NCBI GenBank assembly: GCA_045633565.1
Contig: JAZQYO010000024.1
Span: 1,395-65,394 of the forward strand
Origin: Clostridia bacterium
GTDB lineage: Bacteria; Bacillota; Clostridia; RUG12999
Reading direction: 5' to 3'
Length of the DNA stretch: 64,000 nucleotides
Shown: positions 21,706 through 30,804 of the stretch, one piece after another
How positions within the stretch are numbered: position 1 is the stretch's first letter
How the letters are laid out: each line of letters begins with the position of its first letter
Notes under the pieces: model-generated
What the model was told of the DNA's origin: nothing
The model's database searches: none
What the model saw: only the letters and a program-made list of their open reading frames with translations
Made by a program: the position numbers and the translations under genes

Positions 21706-21872
21706 TTTCTTACTAAATCGTATTCGTCACCATTCTGCCAGTATGAACAGTCAAAGGAGTTGCCGCTCATAAACCGCATCATTTCATCTTCGTCGAGGTT
21801 GACATTACATATGTAGCAATCCCACTCCTCGTCATATTCATAATGTGCACAGGTTTCACAGTTTTTTGCCAT
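21696..21872 (-). CDS. small Cys-rich protein (CxxC...CxxC...C), 58 aa, last gene of the yraN operon
   Basis: Hand translation gives MAKNCETCAHYEYDEEWDCYICNVNLDEDEMMRFMSGNSFDCSYWQNGDEYDLVRKQN. AGGTGA RBS 4 nt upstream, overlapping the yraN stop. Not in the ORF track because it is under 60 aa. Confidence 0.55.
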   Translation of the reverse strand: MAKNCETCAHYEYDEEWDCYICNVNLDEDEMMRFMSGNSFDCSYWQNGDEYDLVRKQN

Positions 21873-21880
21873 AAAATCAC

Positions 21881-22258
21881 CTAAAACGCATTCTTTATAT
21901 GTCTTATCTCTGGTTTCTTCTCCCCCAAGACTTCCACTACATCGAATCTTGCGTTGCCTTTATATTTATTTCTCATAATATAAAGCTGTGCGGTTTTGCG
22001 AAGTCTTTCACGTTTGGTGGCTGTAACAAACTCTTCCGGCCTGCCAAAGTGGGCAGATTTTCGTTGTTTCACCTCGGTAAAAACAAGCACGTCTTTGTCA
22101 TAGCTTATTATATCAATCTCGCCGCATTTCTCGTGATAGTTTCTGTCCACTATTTTATGACCATGCCACCGCAGATATCGGGCAGCTTGTCTTTCGCCCC
22201 GGTTGAGACCTTTTTTCCCAAATATAAGTTTTAAAAAATTATTCATTATACTGCTCAA
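21881..22258 (-). CDS. yraN: YraN family (UPF0102) endonuclease
   Basis: 125 aa. GERQAARYLRWHGHKIVDRNYHEKCGEIDIISYDKDVLVFTEVKQR matches the YraN signature. Confidence 0.85.
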   Translation of the reverse strand: MSSIMNNFLKLIFGKKGLNRGERQAARYLRWHGHKIVDRNYHEKCGEIDIISYDKDVLVFTEVKQRKSAHFGRPEEFVTATKRERLRKTAQLYIMRNKYKGNARFDVVEVLGEKKPEIRHIKNAF

Positions 22259-22454
22259 TCATATCGCTGTATTTTGCCTGATAACCGCCACTTGAAATAT
22301 CCACATAGTAAGACACAATCAAAACAAGCAGTGATACAACACCGCAGATTATCCAAAGTTTTGTATTAATTCGACGGTTGAAGATTGAAGCTATCAGCAT
22401 AATAACGCAAAAAACAAAAAACAAAAACGCCAGTGTTCCAAGTGCTTTGAACAT
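22239..22454 (-). CDS. small integral membrane protein, hypothetical
   Basis: 71 aa with two predicted TM helices. Overlaps the yraN start, consistent with an operon. Confidence 0.4.
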   Translation of the reverse strand: MFKALGTLAFLFFVFCVIMLIASIFNRRINTKLWIICGVVSLLVLIVSYYVDISSGGYQAKYSDMIEQYNE

Positions 22455-22599
22455 CTTTTACGCCTCCTTTTATAGAATTATTATACTATTTTGGTTTTCT
22501 GATGTCAATAGACTACTTTTTTGGTAAAAAGTATTGATTTTTCTGCCATTTTATTATACAATATATGGTGTAAAAATTTTTCCTTCAGGAGTGATATAT

Positions 22600-23244
22600 A
22601 TGGATAAAGAAAAAGTAATTACCAGAATCACTGACGTCGGCGTTGTAGCCGTTGTCCGTGCAGAAAACAGCGAAAAAGCAATGAGAATTGTTGACGCTTG
22701 TATTGAAGGCGGAATTCCTGCAATTGAACTTACCTTCACAGTTCCCAAAGCACATAAGGTTATTGAGGACCTGGCAGCAAAATACTCCAGCGACGAAATT
22801 ATCCTTGGTGCAGGAACAGTTATGGACAGCGAAACAGCAAGAATTGCTATGCTTTCGGGTGCCGAATATATCGTAAGTCCTTATTTTGACCTCGAAACAG
22901 TTAAAACCTGTAACAGATATCGTGTTCCCTGCATGCCCGGTGCTATGACAATCAAAGAAGTGGTTGCAGCTATGGAAGCAGGTGCGGATATTGTTAAAAT
23001 TTTCCCCGGCGACCTTTTCGGTCCCAAAATCATCAAGGACATCAAAGGTCCTATTCCCTACGCTAAAATGATGCCAACAGGCGGTGTTGACGTTGACAAC
23101 GTTGACCAGTGGATTAAAGCAGGTGCAGTAGCCGTAGGTGCGGGCAGTTCTTTAACAGCAGGTGCTAAAACCGGTGACTATAAAGCAGTTGCAGAAACAG
23201 CTAAAAAATTCGTTGAAGCGGTTAAAGCAGCAAGAGGCAAGTAA
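22600..23244 (+). CDS. eda: 2-dehydro-3-deoxyphosphogluconate (KDPG) / 4-hydroxy-2-oxoglutarate aldolase
   Basis: Start moved to the ATG after the AGGAGTGA RBS, giving MDKEKVITRITDVGVVAVVRAE. Eda family. Confidence 0.9.
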   Translation: MDKEKVITRITDVGVVAVVRAENSEKAMRIVDACIEGGIPAIELTFTVPKAHKVIEDLAAKYSSDEIILGAGTVMDSETARIAMLSGAEYIVSPYFDLETVKTCNRYRVPCMPGAMTIKEVVAAMEAGADIVKIFPGDLFGPKIIKDIKGPIPYAKMMPTGGVDVDNVDQWIKAGAVAVGAGSSLTAGAKTGDYKAVAETAKKFVEAVKAARGK

Positions 23245-23263
23245 TAGAAAGGAAATAATTATT

Positions 23264-24289
23264 ATGAAAAAAGCAGTTACTTTCGGCGAAATAATGTTAA
23301 GACTTCAGACTCCTACATATCAGAGGTTCCTTCAGGCTCAGACCTTGGAATCAACTTTTGGCGGTGGTGAAGCCAACGTTGCAGTATCTCTTGCTAACTA
23401 CGGCATAGATGCAGCCTTTGTTACAAAGCTCCCCTCAAACCCCATTGGTGACTGGTGTGTTGCAGAAATTCGCAAACACGGCGTTGATACATCAAAAATT
23501 ACTCGTGGTGGCGAAAGAGTTGGTATCTATTTTGTAGAAAAAGGTGCTTCTCAGAGAGCATCCAACGTTGTATATGACAGAGCTCATTCTTCCATCGCAA
23601 CAGCAGAAAGTAAAGACTTTGACTGGGATGCAATTTTTGAAGGTGTGGAATGGTTCCATTTCACAGGTATCACTCCCGCTATTTCGGACGCCGCTGCCGA
23701 AGTTTGTCTTGAGGCTCTTAAAAAAGCCAAAGAACACGGCGTTACAGTAAGCTGTGACCTTAACTTCAGAAAAAAACTCTGGACAAGCGAAAAAGCTTGC
23801 AAGGTTATGTCCGGTCTTATGCCTTATGTTGACGTTGCTATCGCTAACGAAGAAGACGCAGAAAAAGTATTCGGTATCAAAGCCGCTGCAACAGATGTTA
23901 ACTCAGGTGAAATCAACCACGACGGTTATAAAGATGTTGCAAAGCAGCTAGCTGACAAATTCGGCTTTAAATATGTTGCAATAACTCTCCGCGAAAGCCA
24001 CAGCGCATCCGCTAACGGCTGGTCCGCTATGCTTTACGACGGCAAAGAATACTATTTCTCTAAAAAATATGAAATTACACATATTGTTGACCGTGTAGGC
24101 GGTGGTGACTCCTTTGGTGGCGGTCTTATCTACTCACTTATGAATGGATACAGCCCCGACGATGCGATAAATTTCGCAGTTGCAGCATCCTGTCTGAAAC
24201 ACTCAATTGAAGGCGACTTTAACCTCGTTAGTGTTAAAGAAGTTGAAACCCTCATGAAAGGCGACGGCTCGGGCCGCGTTCAGAGATAA
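23264..24289 (+). CDS. kdgK: 2-dehydro-3-deoxygluconokinase (PfkB family)
   Basis: Start at MKKAVTFGEIMLRL. GGGDSFGGGL C-terminal PfkB motif. Adjacent to eda. Confidence 0.85.
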   Translation: MKKAVTFGEIMLRLQTPTYQRFLQAQTLESTFGGGEANVAVSLANYGIDAAFVTKLPSNPIGDWCVAEIRKHGVDTSKITRGGERVGIYFVEKGASQRASNVVYDRAHSSIATAESKDFDWDAIFEGVEWFHFTGITPAISDAAAEVCLEALKKAKEHGVTVSCDLNFRKKLWTSEKACKVMSGLMPYVDVAIANEEDAEKVFGIKAAATDVNSGEINHDGYKDVAKQLADKFGFKYVAITLRESHSASANGWSAMLYDGKEYYFSKKYEITHIVDRVGGGDSFGGGLIYSLMNGYSPDDAINFAVAASCLKHSIEGDFNLVSVKEVETLMKGDGSGRVQR

Positions 24290-24367
24290 CTAAAAACTAA
24301 AATTTGCTTGGGCGCTGTATCACCAAAAAATATTTCTGATACAGCCCCTTGTTTTTGGTGACCCGAT

Positions 24368-26539
24368 ATGAATACTTTTGAAGGAATTATTACCGAGATT
24401 ATCTATAATAATGACGATAACGGTTATGCTGTCTGTGAGTTTTTATCCGGTGACGAAAGCTTCACCATAACCGGTTGTCTGCCGCTTGTGTCGGTTGGCG
24501 ACAAGCTGAGGCTCACAGGCGACTTTGTTATTCATATGGAATATGGCGAGCAGCTCAGCGTTAAATACTTTGAAAAGCTTGTTCCCGAAGGCAGCGAGGA
24601 AATATTCATTTATCTTGCTTCGGGCGCAATTTCGGGTGTAAAAGAAGCCATTGCCAAAAGAATAATAGACCGTTTTGGCGACGACAGCTTGGATATAATT
24701 CGCGACTTTCCCGAAAAGCTTGTACAAATCAAGGGAATATCCGAAGAAAAAGCTATAAGTATTCATAACCAATACATTGAGCAGATTGGTGTCCAGCAGA
24801 TTATTTCTTTTTTAGGTCAGTATGGGATAAATACTTCCCTTGCCTTTAAAGTATATAACCACTTTGGTTCAAGGTCGGTTGACAGTGTTAAACTTAACCC
24901 CTACTGTGTATGTGAAATTCCGAGCATCGGCTTTGCTACAGCAGACAGGATTGCTCATCTGTTGGGGTTTGCCTCAAACTCCCCCGAAAGAACCGGCGCG
25001 GCAATTTTACACATTCTTTCCGATGCAGTTTCCCGTGGGCACACATTTCTGCCCGACGACATTTTAACCGAAGGCGTTATCAGCCTTATCGGCACAGACA
25101 GTGAAACTGTTTCTCAGCAGATTACAAGGCTTCTGCTTGAGAAAAAACTAAAGCGCCGGGATACCACCGGCTCACAGCCGGCGATTTATCTTCCGGCAAT
25201 GTTCACAGCAGAAACAGGCTGCGCAAAAATTCTGCTTTCTCTTGCGGAATCCTCCGCTAAAAAGATACCTTTTTCCGAAAAGGATATAGGTAGCGACATT
25301 ACTCTCGCCCCCGAACAGCTTGATGGGGTGAAATCTGCCCTTGAAAACCGCATAACGGTTATAACGGGTGGACCGGGCACAGGCAAAACGACTGTGCTCA
25401 ACAGCATAATTTCAATTTTGAAAAATCAGAGTCTTGAGATTGCACTTTGTGCCCCAACCGGCAGGGCTGCCAAACGCATGAGTCAGCTTTGTGGTGAAGA
25501 AGCAAAAACAATTCACCGTCTTCTTGAAATGTCATATTCGGATGACGAATCCCGCATGACATTCGGTAAAAATGAGTATAACCCCATCCAAGCCGATGTT
25601 TTAATAGTTGACGAGATGTCTATGGTGGACATTCTACTCATGTACCACCTTCTCAAGGCGCTTCCCGATAAATGCAGAATAATCCTTGTGGGCGACAGTG
25701 ACCAGCTTCCTTCAGTTGGGGCAGGAAACGTCCTCAGAGATATTCTCTCAGGCGGTAAAATAAACTCTGTCCGCCTTACTAAAATTTTCCGTCAGAAAAC
25801 AGAAAGTATGATAACCGAAAATGCCCACCGCATAAATTCCGGGAAAACTCCCGTATGCAACGGCGAGGGCACCGACTTCTTTTTTCTGCCTCGTCCGAGC
25901 TTAACTGACGGCACAAAAGAAATTGTCCGACTTTGTCTTACAAGGCTTCCGGGCTATCTTTCTCTTGACCCAATGGAATGTGTGCAGGTGCTTTGTCCTT
26001 CAAGGAAAGGCCCTATGGGCAGTGAAAATTTAAATAATATCCTCCAGGCAGCATTCAATCCCCCGTCGCCCGGCAAAAAAGAGCTTAACCGAAAGGGATT
26101 TGTGCTCCGTGAGGGGGATAAAATAATGCAAATTCGCAATAATTATGATATGCAGTGGTATATAGGCAACCAGCCCGGTAGCGGAATTTTTAACGGTGAC
26201 CTTGGTATAATAGAAGAAATCGATAAAAAAACCGGGACTGTTACCATTATTTTTGACGGTGAGAAAACAGTTGAATATCCGGTAGAATACCTTGACGATA
26301 TTGAGCTTTCTTATGCAATAACCGTTCACAAAAGTCAGGGCAGCGAATTTAACGCAGTGGTTATTCCTATGTATCAGTGTCATAAAAACCTCATGACAAG
26401 AAATCTGTTTTACACCGCCGTCACAAGAGCAAAAAAACTTGTTGCTCTTGTCGGCAGAGAAGATGTAACCGAGTTTATGACGGCGAACAACTTCGAAGAT
26501 TTACGCTACAGCGGACTTGCTGAATTACTGAAGGATTAA
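24368..26539 (+). CDS. recD2: ATP-dependent RecD-like DNA helicase (RecD2, SF1B)
   Basis: 723 aa. OB/HhH N-terminal region, Walker A GGPGTGKTT and SF1 helicase motifs. Confidence 0.9.
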   Translation: MNTFEGIITEIIYNNDDNGYAVCEFLSGDESFTITGCLPLVSVGDKLRLTGDFVIHMEYGEQLSVKYFEKLVPEGSEEIFIYLASGAISGVKEAIAKRIIDRFGDDSLDIIRDFPEKLVQIKGISEEKAISIHNQYIEQIGVQQIISFLGQYGINTSLAFKVYNHFGSRSVDSVKLNPYCVCEIPSIGFATADRIAHLLGFASNSPERTGAAILHILSDAVSRGHTFLPDDILTEGVISLIGTDSETVSQQITRLLLEKKLKRRDTTGSQPAIYLPAMFTAETGCAKILLSLAESSAKKIPFSEKDIGSDITLAPEQLDGVKSALENRITVITGGPGTGKTTVLNSIISILKNQSLEIALCAPTGRAAKRMSQLCGEEAKTIHRLLEMSYSDDESRMTFGKNEYNPIQADVLIVDEMSMVDILLMYHLLKALPDKCRIILVGDSDQLPSVGAGNVLRDILSGGKINSVRLTKIFRQKTESMITENAHRINSGKTPVCNGEGTDFFFLPRPSLTDGTKEIVRLCLTRLPGYLSLDPMECVQVLCPSRKGPMGSENLNNILQAAFNPPSPGKKELNRKGFVLREGDKIMQIRNNYDMQWYIGNQPGSGIFNGDLGIIEEIDKKTGTVTIIFDGEKTVEYPVEYLDDIELSYAITVHKSQGSEFNAVVIPMYQCHKNLMTRNLFYTAVTRAKKLVALVGREDVTEFMTANNFEDLRYSGLAELLKD

Positions 26540-26543
26540 TTTA

Positions 26544-27248
26544 ATGAAGCTTTTTAAAATGTTTTTTGATATGTTTTTCCCGCCCAAATGCATTTATTGC
26601 GGCGAGTTTTTAAGGCTTGGTGACCGGCCTCTCATCTGCAGAAGATGCAAAGACCTTATACCGCAAGCCTCAATTCGTTGCGCTAAATGTGGTGGTGTAA
26701 TAACATATAATGGTGGAAAACCCGAATGTCTTTCATGTAGAGCTGCCGGCAGATATTTTGACGGAGTTTTTGCTTCGGCAATGTATGTGGGTAATGTGCG
26801 TTTGGCAATTTTAAAATATAAATTTGGCGCACAGGTTTATATGGCAAAACCGCTTGTATATTTCACTGCCGATGGTATAAAGAAGCTGGGCGTTAAGGCA
26901 GACGTTGTTTTAAACGTACCGCCTGACCCCAAAAGGCAGACCAAGCGCGGGTTTGATTCAACCGGTCAGCTTGCAAAACTTATTGCCTCAGAAATTAAGG
27001 CACCCTATAAATCAGGTTGGCTCAAGAAAATCAAAAGCACTCCTCCGCAAAGCAAACTCACAAAAGCGGAACGGCTTAAGAATATTAAAGGTGCATTTGC
27101 AGTTACTCCCCGCGCCAATGTTAAAGGGCTTAATGTACTTTTAGTGGATGATGTTTTCACAACCGGCGCAACAACCTCGGAGATTGCAAAAATTTTAAAG
27201 AAAAAGGGCGCAAAATATGTTTTTGTTGCCACACTCGCAAAAAGATGA
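26544..27248 (+). CDS. comFC: ComF family protein (ComFC-like, PRTase domain with N-terminal zinc finger)
   Basis: 234 aa. CIYCG...CRRCK plus C-terminal VLLVDDVFTTGAT. Confidence 0.85.
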   Translation: MKLFKMFFDMFFPPKCIYCGEFLRLGDRPLICRRCKDLIPQASIRCAKCGGVITYNGGKPECLSCRAAGRYFDGVFASAMYVGNVRLAILKYKFGAQVYMAKPLVYFTADGIKKLGVKADVVLNVPPDPKRQTKRGFDSTGQLAKLIASEIKAPYKSGWLKKIKSTPPQSKLTKAERLKNIKGAFAVTPRANVKGLNVLLVDDVFTTGATTSEIAKILKKKGAKYVFVATLAKR

Positions 27249-27266
27249 CTAAAGGGAGTTGATTAT

Positions 27267-27695
27267 GTGCTTTTTATTGCACATTCCCCTGCGGATACCG
27301 AAAAAATCGCCGCAGATTTTAAGAAAGAGCTAAAGATGGGAGATATAGTTTGTCTGCACGGCGATATAGGTGTCGGCAAGACTGTTTTTACAAGAGGTCT
27401 TTCCGGCTCGGACGCTGTATGTAGCCCCACTTTCTCCATTATGAATATATACAAAGGCACCCCGCCCGTTTACCATTTTGACCTCTACCGCTTATCCACC
27501 GAGGATGAGCTTTATGAAGCAGGTCTTATGGAGTATATAGAGTCGGGCGATGGGATAAGCATCATAGAATGGCCGGACATTCTTCCCCGTGACCTTGATG
27601 CTGACATTTACCATGTTTATATAACAAAAAAACTTGAAAATCATGATAACTACCGTGAAATTGAGGTGAAAAAGCATGAAAATCCTTGCGATTGA
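27267..27695 (+). CDS. tsaE: tRNA threonylcarbamoyladenosine biosynthesis ATPase TsaE
   Basis: 142 aa. GDIVCLHGDIGVGKTVFTRGL. Confidence 0.9.
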   Translation: MLFIAHSPADTEKIAADFKKELKMGDIVCLHGDIGVGKTVFTRGLSGSDAVCSPTFSIMNIYKGTPPVYHFDLYRLSTEDELYEAGLMEYIESGDGISIIEWPDILPRDLDADIYHVYITKKLENHDNYREIEVKKHENPCD

Positions 27696-28365
27696 CACCT
27701 GCCTTTCGGCCGCATCTGTTGCAGTTGTGTCGGAAGATAAGGTTTTTGGTCTTTTTTACATAGATAACAAGCTTACACATTCGGTCAAGCTTATACCTCT
27801 GATAAACTCAGTCTTGTCCGAGCTTGATATGACAATGGATGACATAGATGCCATAGCCTGCACTAACGGTCCCGGTTCTTTTACCGGAATTAGAATCGGT
27901 ATGGCAACAGCCAAAGGACTTGCGATGCCATGCTCCAAACCCATTGTGACAGTTTCATCTCTTGCGGCAGCAGCATATAATTTCTCCTGCCAACCTCTTC
28001 CGGTTATTTCTATGACCGATGCAAGAAACTCGCAAGTGTTTTACGGCAAATATCAGTTTACCGAAAATGGATTTAATGAGCTTACTTCTCCAAGTGCCGC
28101 AGAGGTGTCGGAAATTTCCGCGAGCATAAATTCCCCTGCGATTATATGTGGTGACGGTGCCGCAAAATACCGTGAGATTTTCAAACAGAACCCGAACATT
28201 ATATTTGCTCCCCCGCACCAGAATATGCCAAATGCGGCGACAGTTGCGGCAGCAGCTTTTGATGAAATAAATAAAAACGGATTCCCGCCGGCAGAAAAAA
28301 TTGATGCTCTTTATGTCAGAAAATCAAGTGCTGAGCAGGAAAAAGAAAGGAAGAATGAAAAATGA
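27676..28365 (+). CDS. tsaB: tRNA threonylcarbamoyladenosine biosynthesis protein TsaB
   Basis: 229 aa. MKILAIDTCLSAASVAVV. Overlaps tsaE by 20 nt. Confidence 0.9.
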   Translation: MKILAIDTCLSAASVAVVSEDKVFGLFYIDNKLTHSVKLIPLINSVLSELDMTMDDIDAIACTNGPGSFTGIRIGMATAKGLAMPCSKPIVTVSSLAAAAYNFSCQPLPVISMTDARNSQVFYGKYQFTENGFNELTSPSAAEVSEISASINSPAIICGDGAAKYREIFKQNPNIIFAPPHQNMPNAATVAAAAFDEINKNGFPPAEKIDALYVRKSSAEQEKERKNEK

Positions 28366-28802
28366 TAGCTATAGGATGTGACCACGGAGCTTTTGCTCTT
28401 AAAAATGCAGTTAAAAAATATCTTGAAGACAGAGGTCTTGAGGTTAAAGACTTTGGAATTTACGAGGAAAAAAGAGTTGATTACCCCGACATTGCAGAAG
28501 TTGTATGCAAATCTATTGTTTCGGGCGAATGTGAAAAAGGTATTCTCCTTTGCGGAACAGGTATAGGAATCAGCATTGCTGCAAATAAAATAAAAGGCAT
28601 CAGAGCTGCAGTATGTAACGAAGTTTATTGTGCAAAAATGGCAAAATGTCACAACAACGCCAATGTAATTACCATGGGTGGCAGAGTTGTGGGCGAAGAT
28701 GTTGCACTTGAAATCGTGTCTGCATGGCTTGACTCAGAATTTATGGGCGAAAGACATCAGCAGAGAATTGACAAAATAACAAATCTTGAAAAAGGTGAGT
28801 AA
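28362..28802 (+). CDS. rpiB: ribose-5-phosphate isomerase B
   Basis: 146 aa. MIAIGCDHGAFALKN...GTGIGISIAANK. Confidence 0.9.
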   Translation: MIAIGCDHGAFALKNAVKKYLEDRGLEVKDFGIYEEKRVDYPDIAEVVCKSIVSGECEKGILLCGTGIGISIAANKIKGIRAAVCNEVYCAKMAKCHNNANVITMGGRVVGEDVALEIVSAWLDSEFMGERHQQRIDKITNLEKGE

Positions 28803-28807
28803 TTACA

Positions 28808-30787
28808 ATGGCTAAAACAACTCAAAACTACGGAAACGACAGTATCACTGCCTTAAAAGGCCCTGATAAGGTACGACTTCGTCCTGCTGTAATATTCGGT
28901 GCAAGCAGCCTTGAGGGCTGTCAGCATGCCATGTTTGAAATACTTTCAAACTCCATTGACGAAGCAAGAGAAGGCTACGGCAATGTGATTACTGTTACCC
29001 GCTTTTTAGACAACTCCATTGAGGTTGCTGACTGCGGACGTGGTATTCCGCTTGATTTTAACGAGAAAGAGCAGCGCTATAACTGGGAACTTGTTTTCTG
29101 CGAGCTTTATGCGGGCGGTAAATATAACACCATTCAGGGTGAAAACTACGGTTACAGTTTAGGCACAAACGGTCTGGGCAGCTGTGCTACACAGTTTGCT
29201 TCGGAATATATGGACGTTGAAGTTATCCGTGACGGGTTTAAATATAACCTCCATTTTGAAAAAGGTTATAACATCGGCGGACTTATAAAAGAGGAAATCC
29301 GCTCTAAAAAATCCGGCTCTACAATTAAGTGGAAGCCTGACCTTGACGTGTTTACTGAAATTGACATTCCCCTTGAGTTTTATCAGGATGTTTTGAAAAG
29401 ACAGGCTATTGTTAACGCCGGTCTTAAACTTGTTTTGAAAAATGAAACCCCGTCGGGTATGGAAACATTTGAGTATCTTTATCCCGAAGGCATAACCGAC
29501 TATATCACCGAAATCAGCGGTGAAAACGGACTTACCTCAACTTACGAAATTTCGGGTGAAGGCGTCGGCCGTGACCGTCCCGACAAGGACGATTATAAAG
29601 TGAAATTTAACGTTTCATTCTGCTTTAACAATCATTCAAGAGCTTTAGAATACTACCATAACTCAAGCTTTCTCGAAGAGGGCGGTTCTCCTGACAGGGC
29701 AGTTAAAAACGCCTTTGTTTATGCGCTTGACAAGTATCTTGCCTCAAACGGAAAATATACCAAAAATGAAGCAAAAATTACTTTTCAGGACATTCAGGAC
29801 AGCCTTGTTTTGGTAACAAACTCATTCTCTACTCATACAGACTACAAAAACCAGACAAAAAAGGCTATAGACAACAAGTTTATTCAGGATTTTATGACAG
29901 AAACTCTCCGTCACAATCTTGAGATTTACTTTATTGAAAACAAGGTTGATGCGGAAAAAATTGCGGCTCAGGTGCTGGTTAACAAACGAAGCCGTGAGTC
30001 TGCCGAAAAGACAAGGCTGAGCGTTAAGAAAAAACTTTCGGGCACTATTGACATCAATAACCGGGTTGAAAAATTTGTTGACTGCCGTACCAAGGATTTA
30101 AGTCGCCGTGAGATTTACATTGTCGAGGGTGATTCGGCGCTTGGTTCCTGCAAGCAGAGCCGTGACGCAGAGTTTCAGGCACTTATGCCTATAAGAGGTA
30201 AAATCCTCAACTGTTTGAAGGCGGACTACAACAAGATTTTCAAAAGCGAAATCATCACCGACCTTATAAAAGTTCTGGGCTGCGGTGTTGAAATCAACTC
30301 CAAACACAACAAGGATATTTCCACTTTTGATATAAACAACTTCCGTTGGAACAAGCTTATAATCTGTACCGACGCGGACGTGGACGGCTTCCAGATAAGA
30401 ACTCTGGTGCTTTCCATGCTTTATGCCCTTGTTCCTACTCTCATTGAACTTGGATATGTTTATATTGTGGAATCTCCGCTTTTTGAAATAACCTGTAAGG
30501 ACAAAACATATTTTGCCTACACCGAACGTGATAAGGCTGAAATTGTGTCAAAACTTACCGGTAAATATACCATTCAGCGTTCAAAAGGTCTTGGCGAAAA
30601 CGAGCCTGAAATGATGTGGGAAACCACCATGAATCCTGAAACAAGGCGTCTTATTCAGGTAACGCTTGACGATGCGGAACGTGTTGCCACCATGTTTGAC
30701 GTACTTTTAGGCGACAATCTTCCCGCAAGAAAAGATTATATTGCTCAGCATGGCAGCAAATACCTCGACATGCTTGATTTAGCTTAG
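28808..30787 (+). CDS. parE: type IIA topoisomerase B subunit (topoisomerase IV ParE-like / GyrB paralog)
   Basis: 659 aa. GHKL ATPase N-terminus, TOPRIM EIYIVEGDSA. Short length without the GyrB insert favours ParE. Confidence 0.8.
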   Translation: MAKTTQNYGNDSITALKGPDKVRLRPAVIFGASSLEGCQHAMFEILSNSIDEAREGYGNVITVTRFLDNSIEVADCGRGIPLDFNEKEQRYNWELVFCELYAGGKYNTIQGENYGYSLGTNGLGSCATQFASEYMDVEVIRDGFKYNLHFEKGYNIGGLIKEEIRSKKSGSTIKWKPDLDVFTEIDIPLEFYQDVLKRQAIVNAGLKLVLKNETPSGMETFEYLYPEGITDYITEISGENGLTSTYEISGEGVGRDRPDKDDYKVKFNVSFCFNNHSRALEYYHNSSFLEEGGSPDRAVKNAFVYALDKYLASNGKYTKNEAKITFQDIQDSLVLVTNSFSTHTDYKNQTKKAIDNKFIQDFMTETLRHNLEIYFIENKVDAEKIAAQVLVNKRSRESAEKTRLSVKKKLSGTIDINNRVEKFVDCRTKDLSRREIYIVEGDSALGSCKQSRDAEFQALMPIRGKILNCLKADYNKIFKSEIITDLIKVLGCGVEINSKHNKDISTFDINNFRWNKLIICTDADVDGFQIRTLVLSMLYALVPTLIELGYVYIVESPLFEITCKDKTYFAYTERDKAEIVSKLTGKYTIQRSKGLGENEPEMMWETTMNPETRRLIQVTLDDAERVATMFDVLLGDNLPARKDYIAQHGSKYLDMLDLA

Positions 30788-30804
30788 AAAAGGAGGGCAT
30801 TTGA

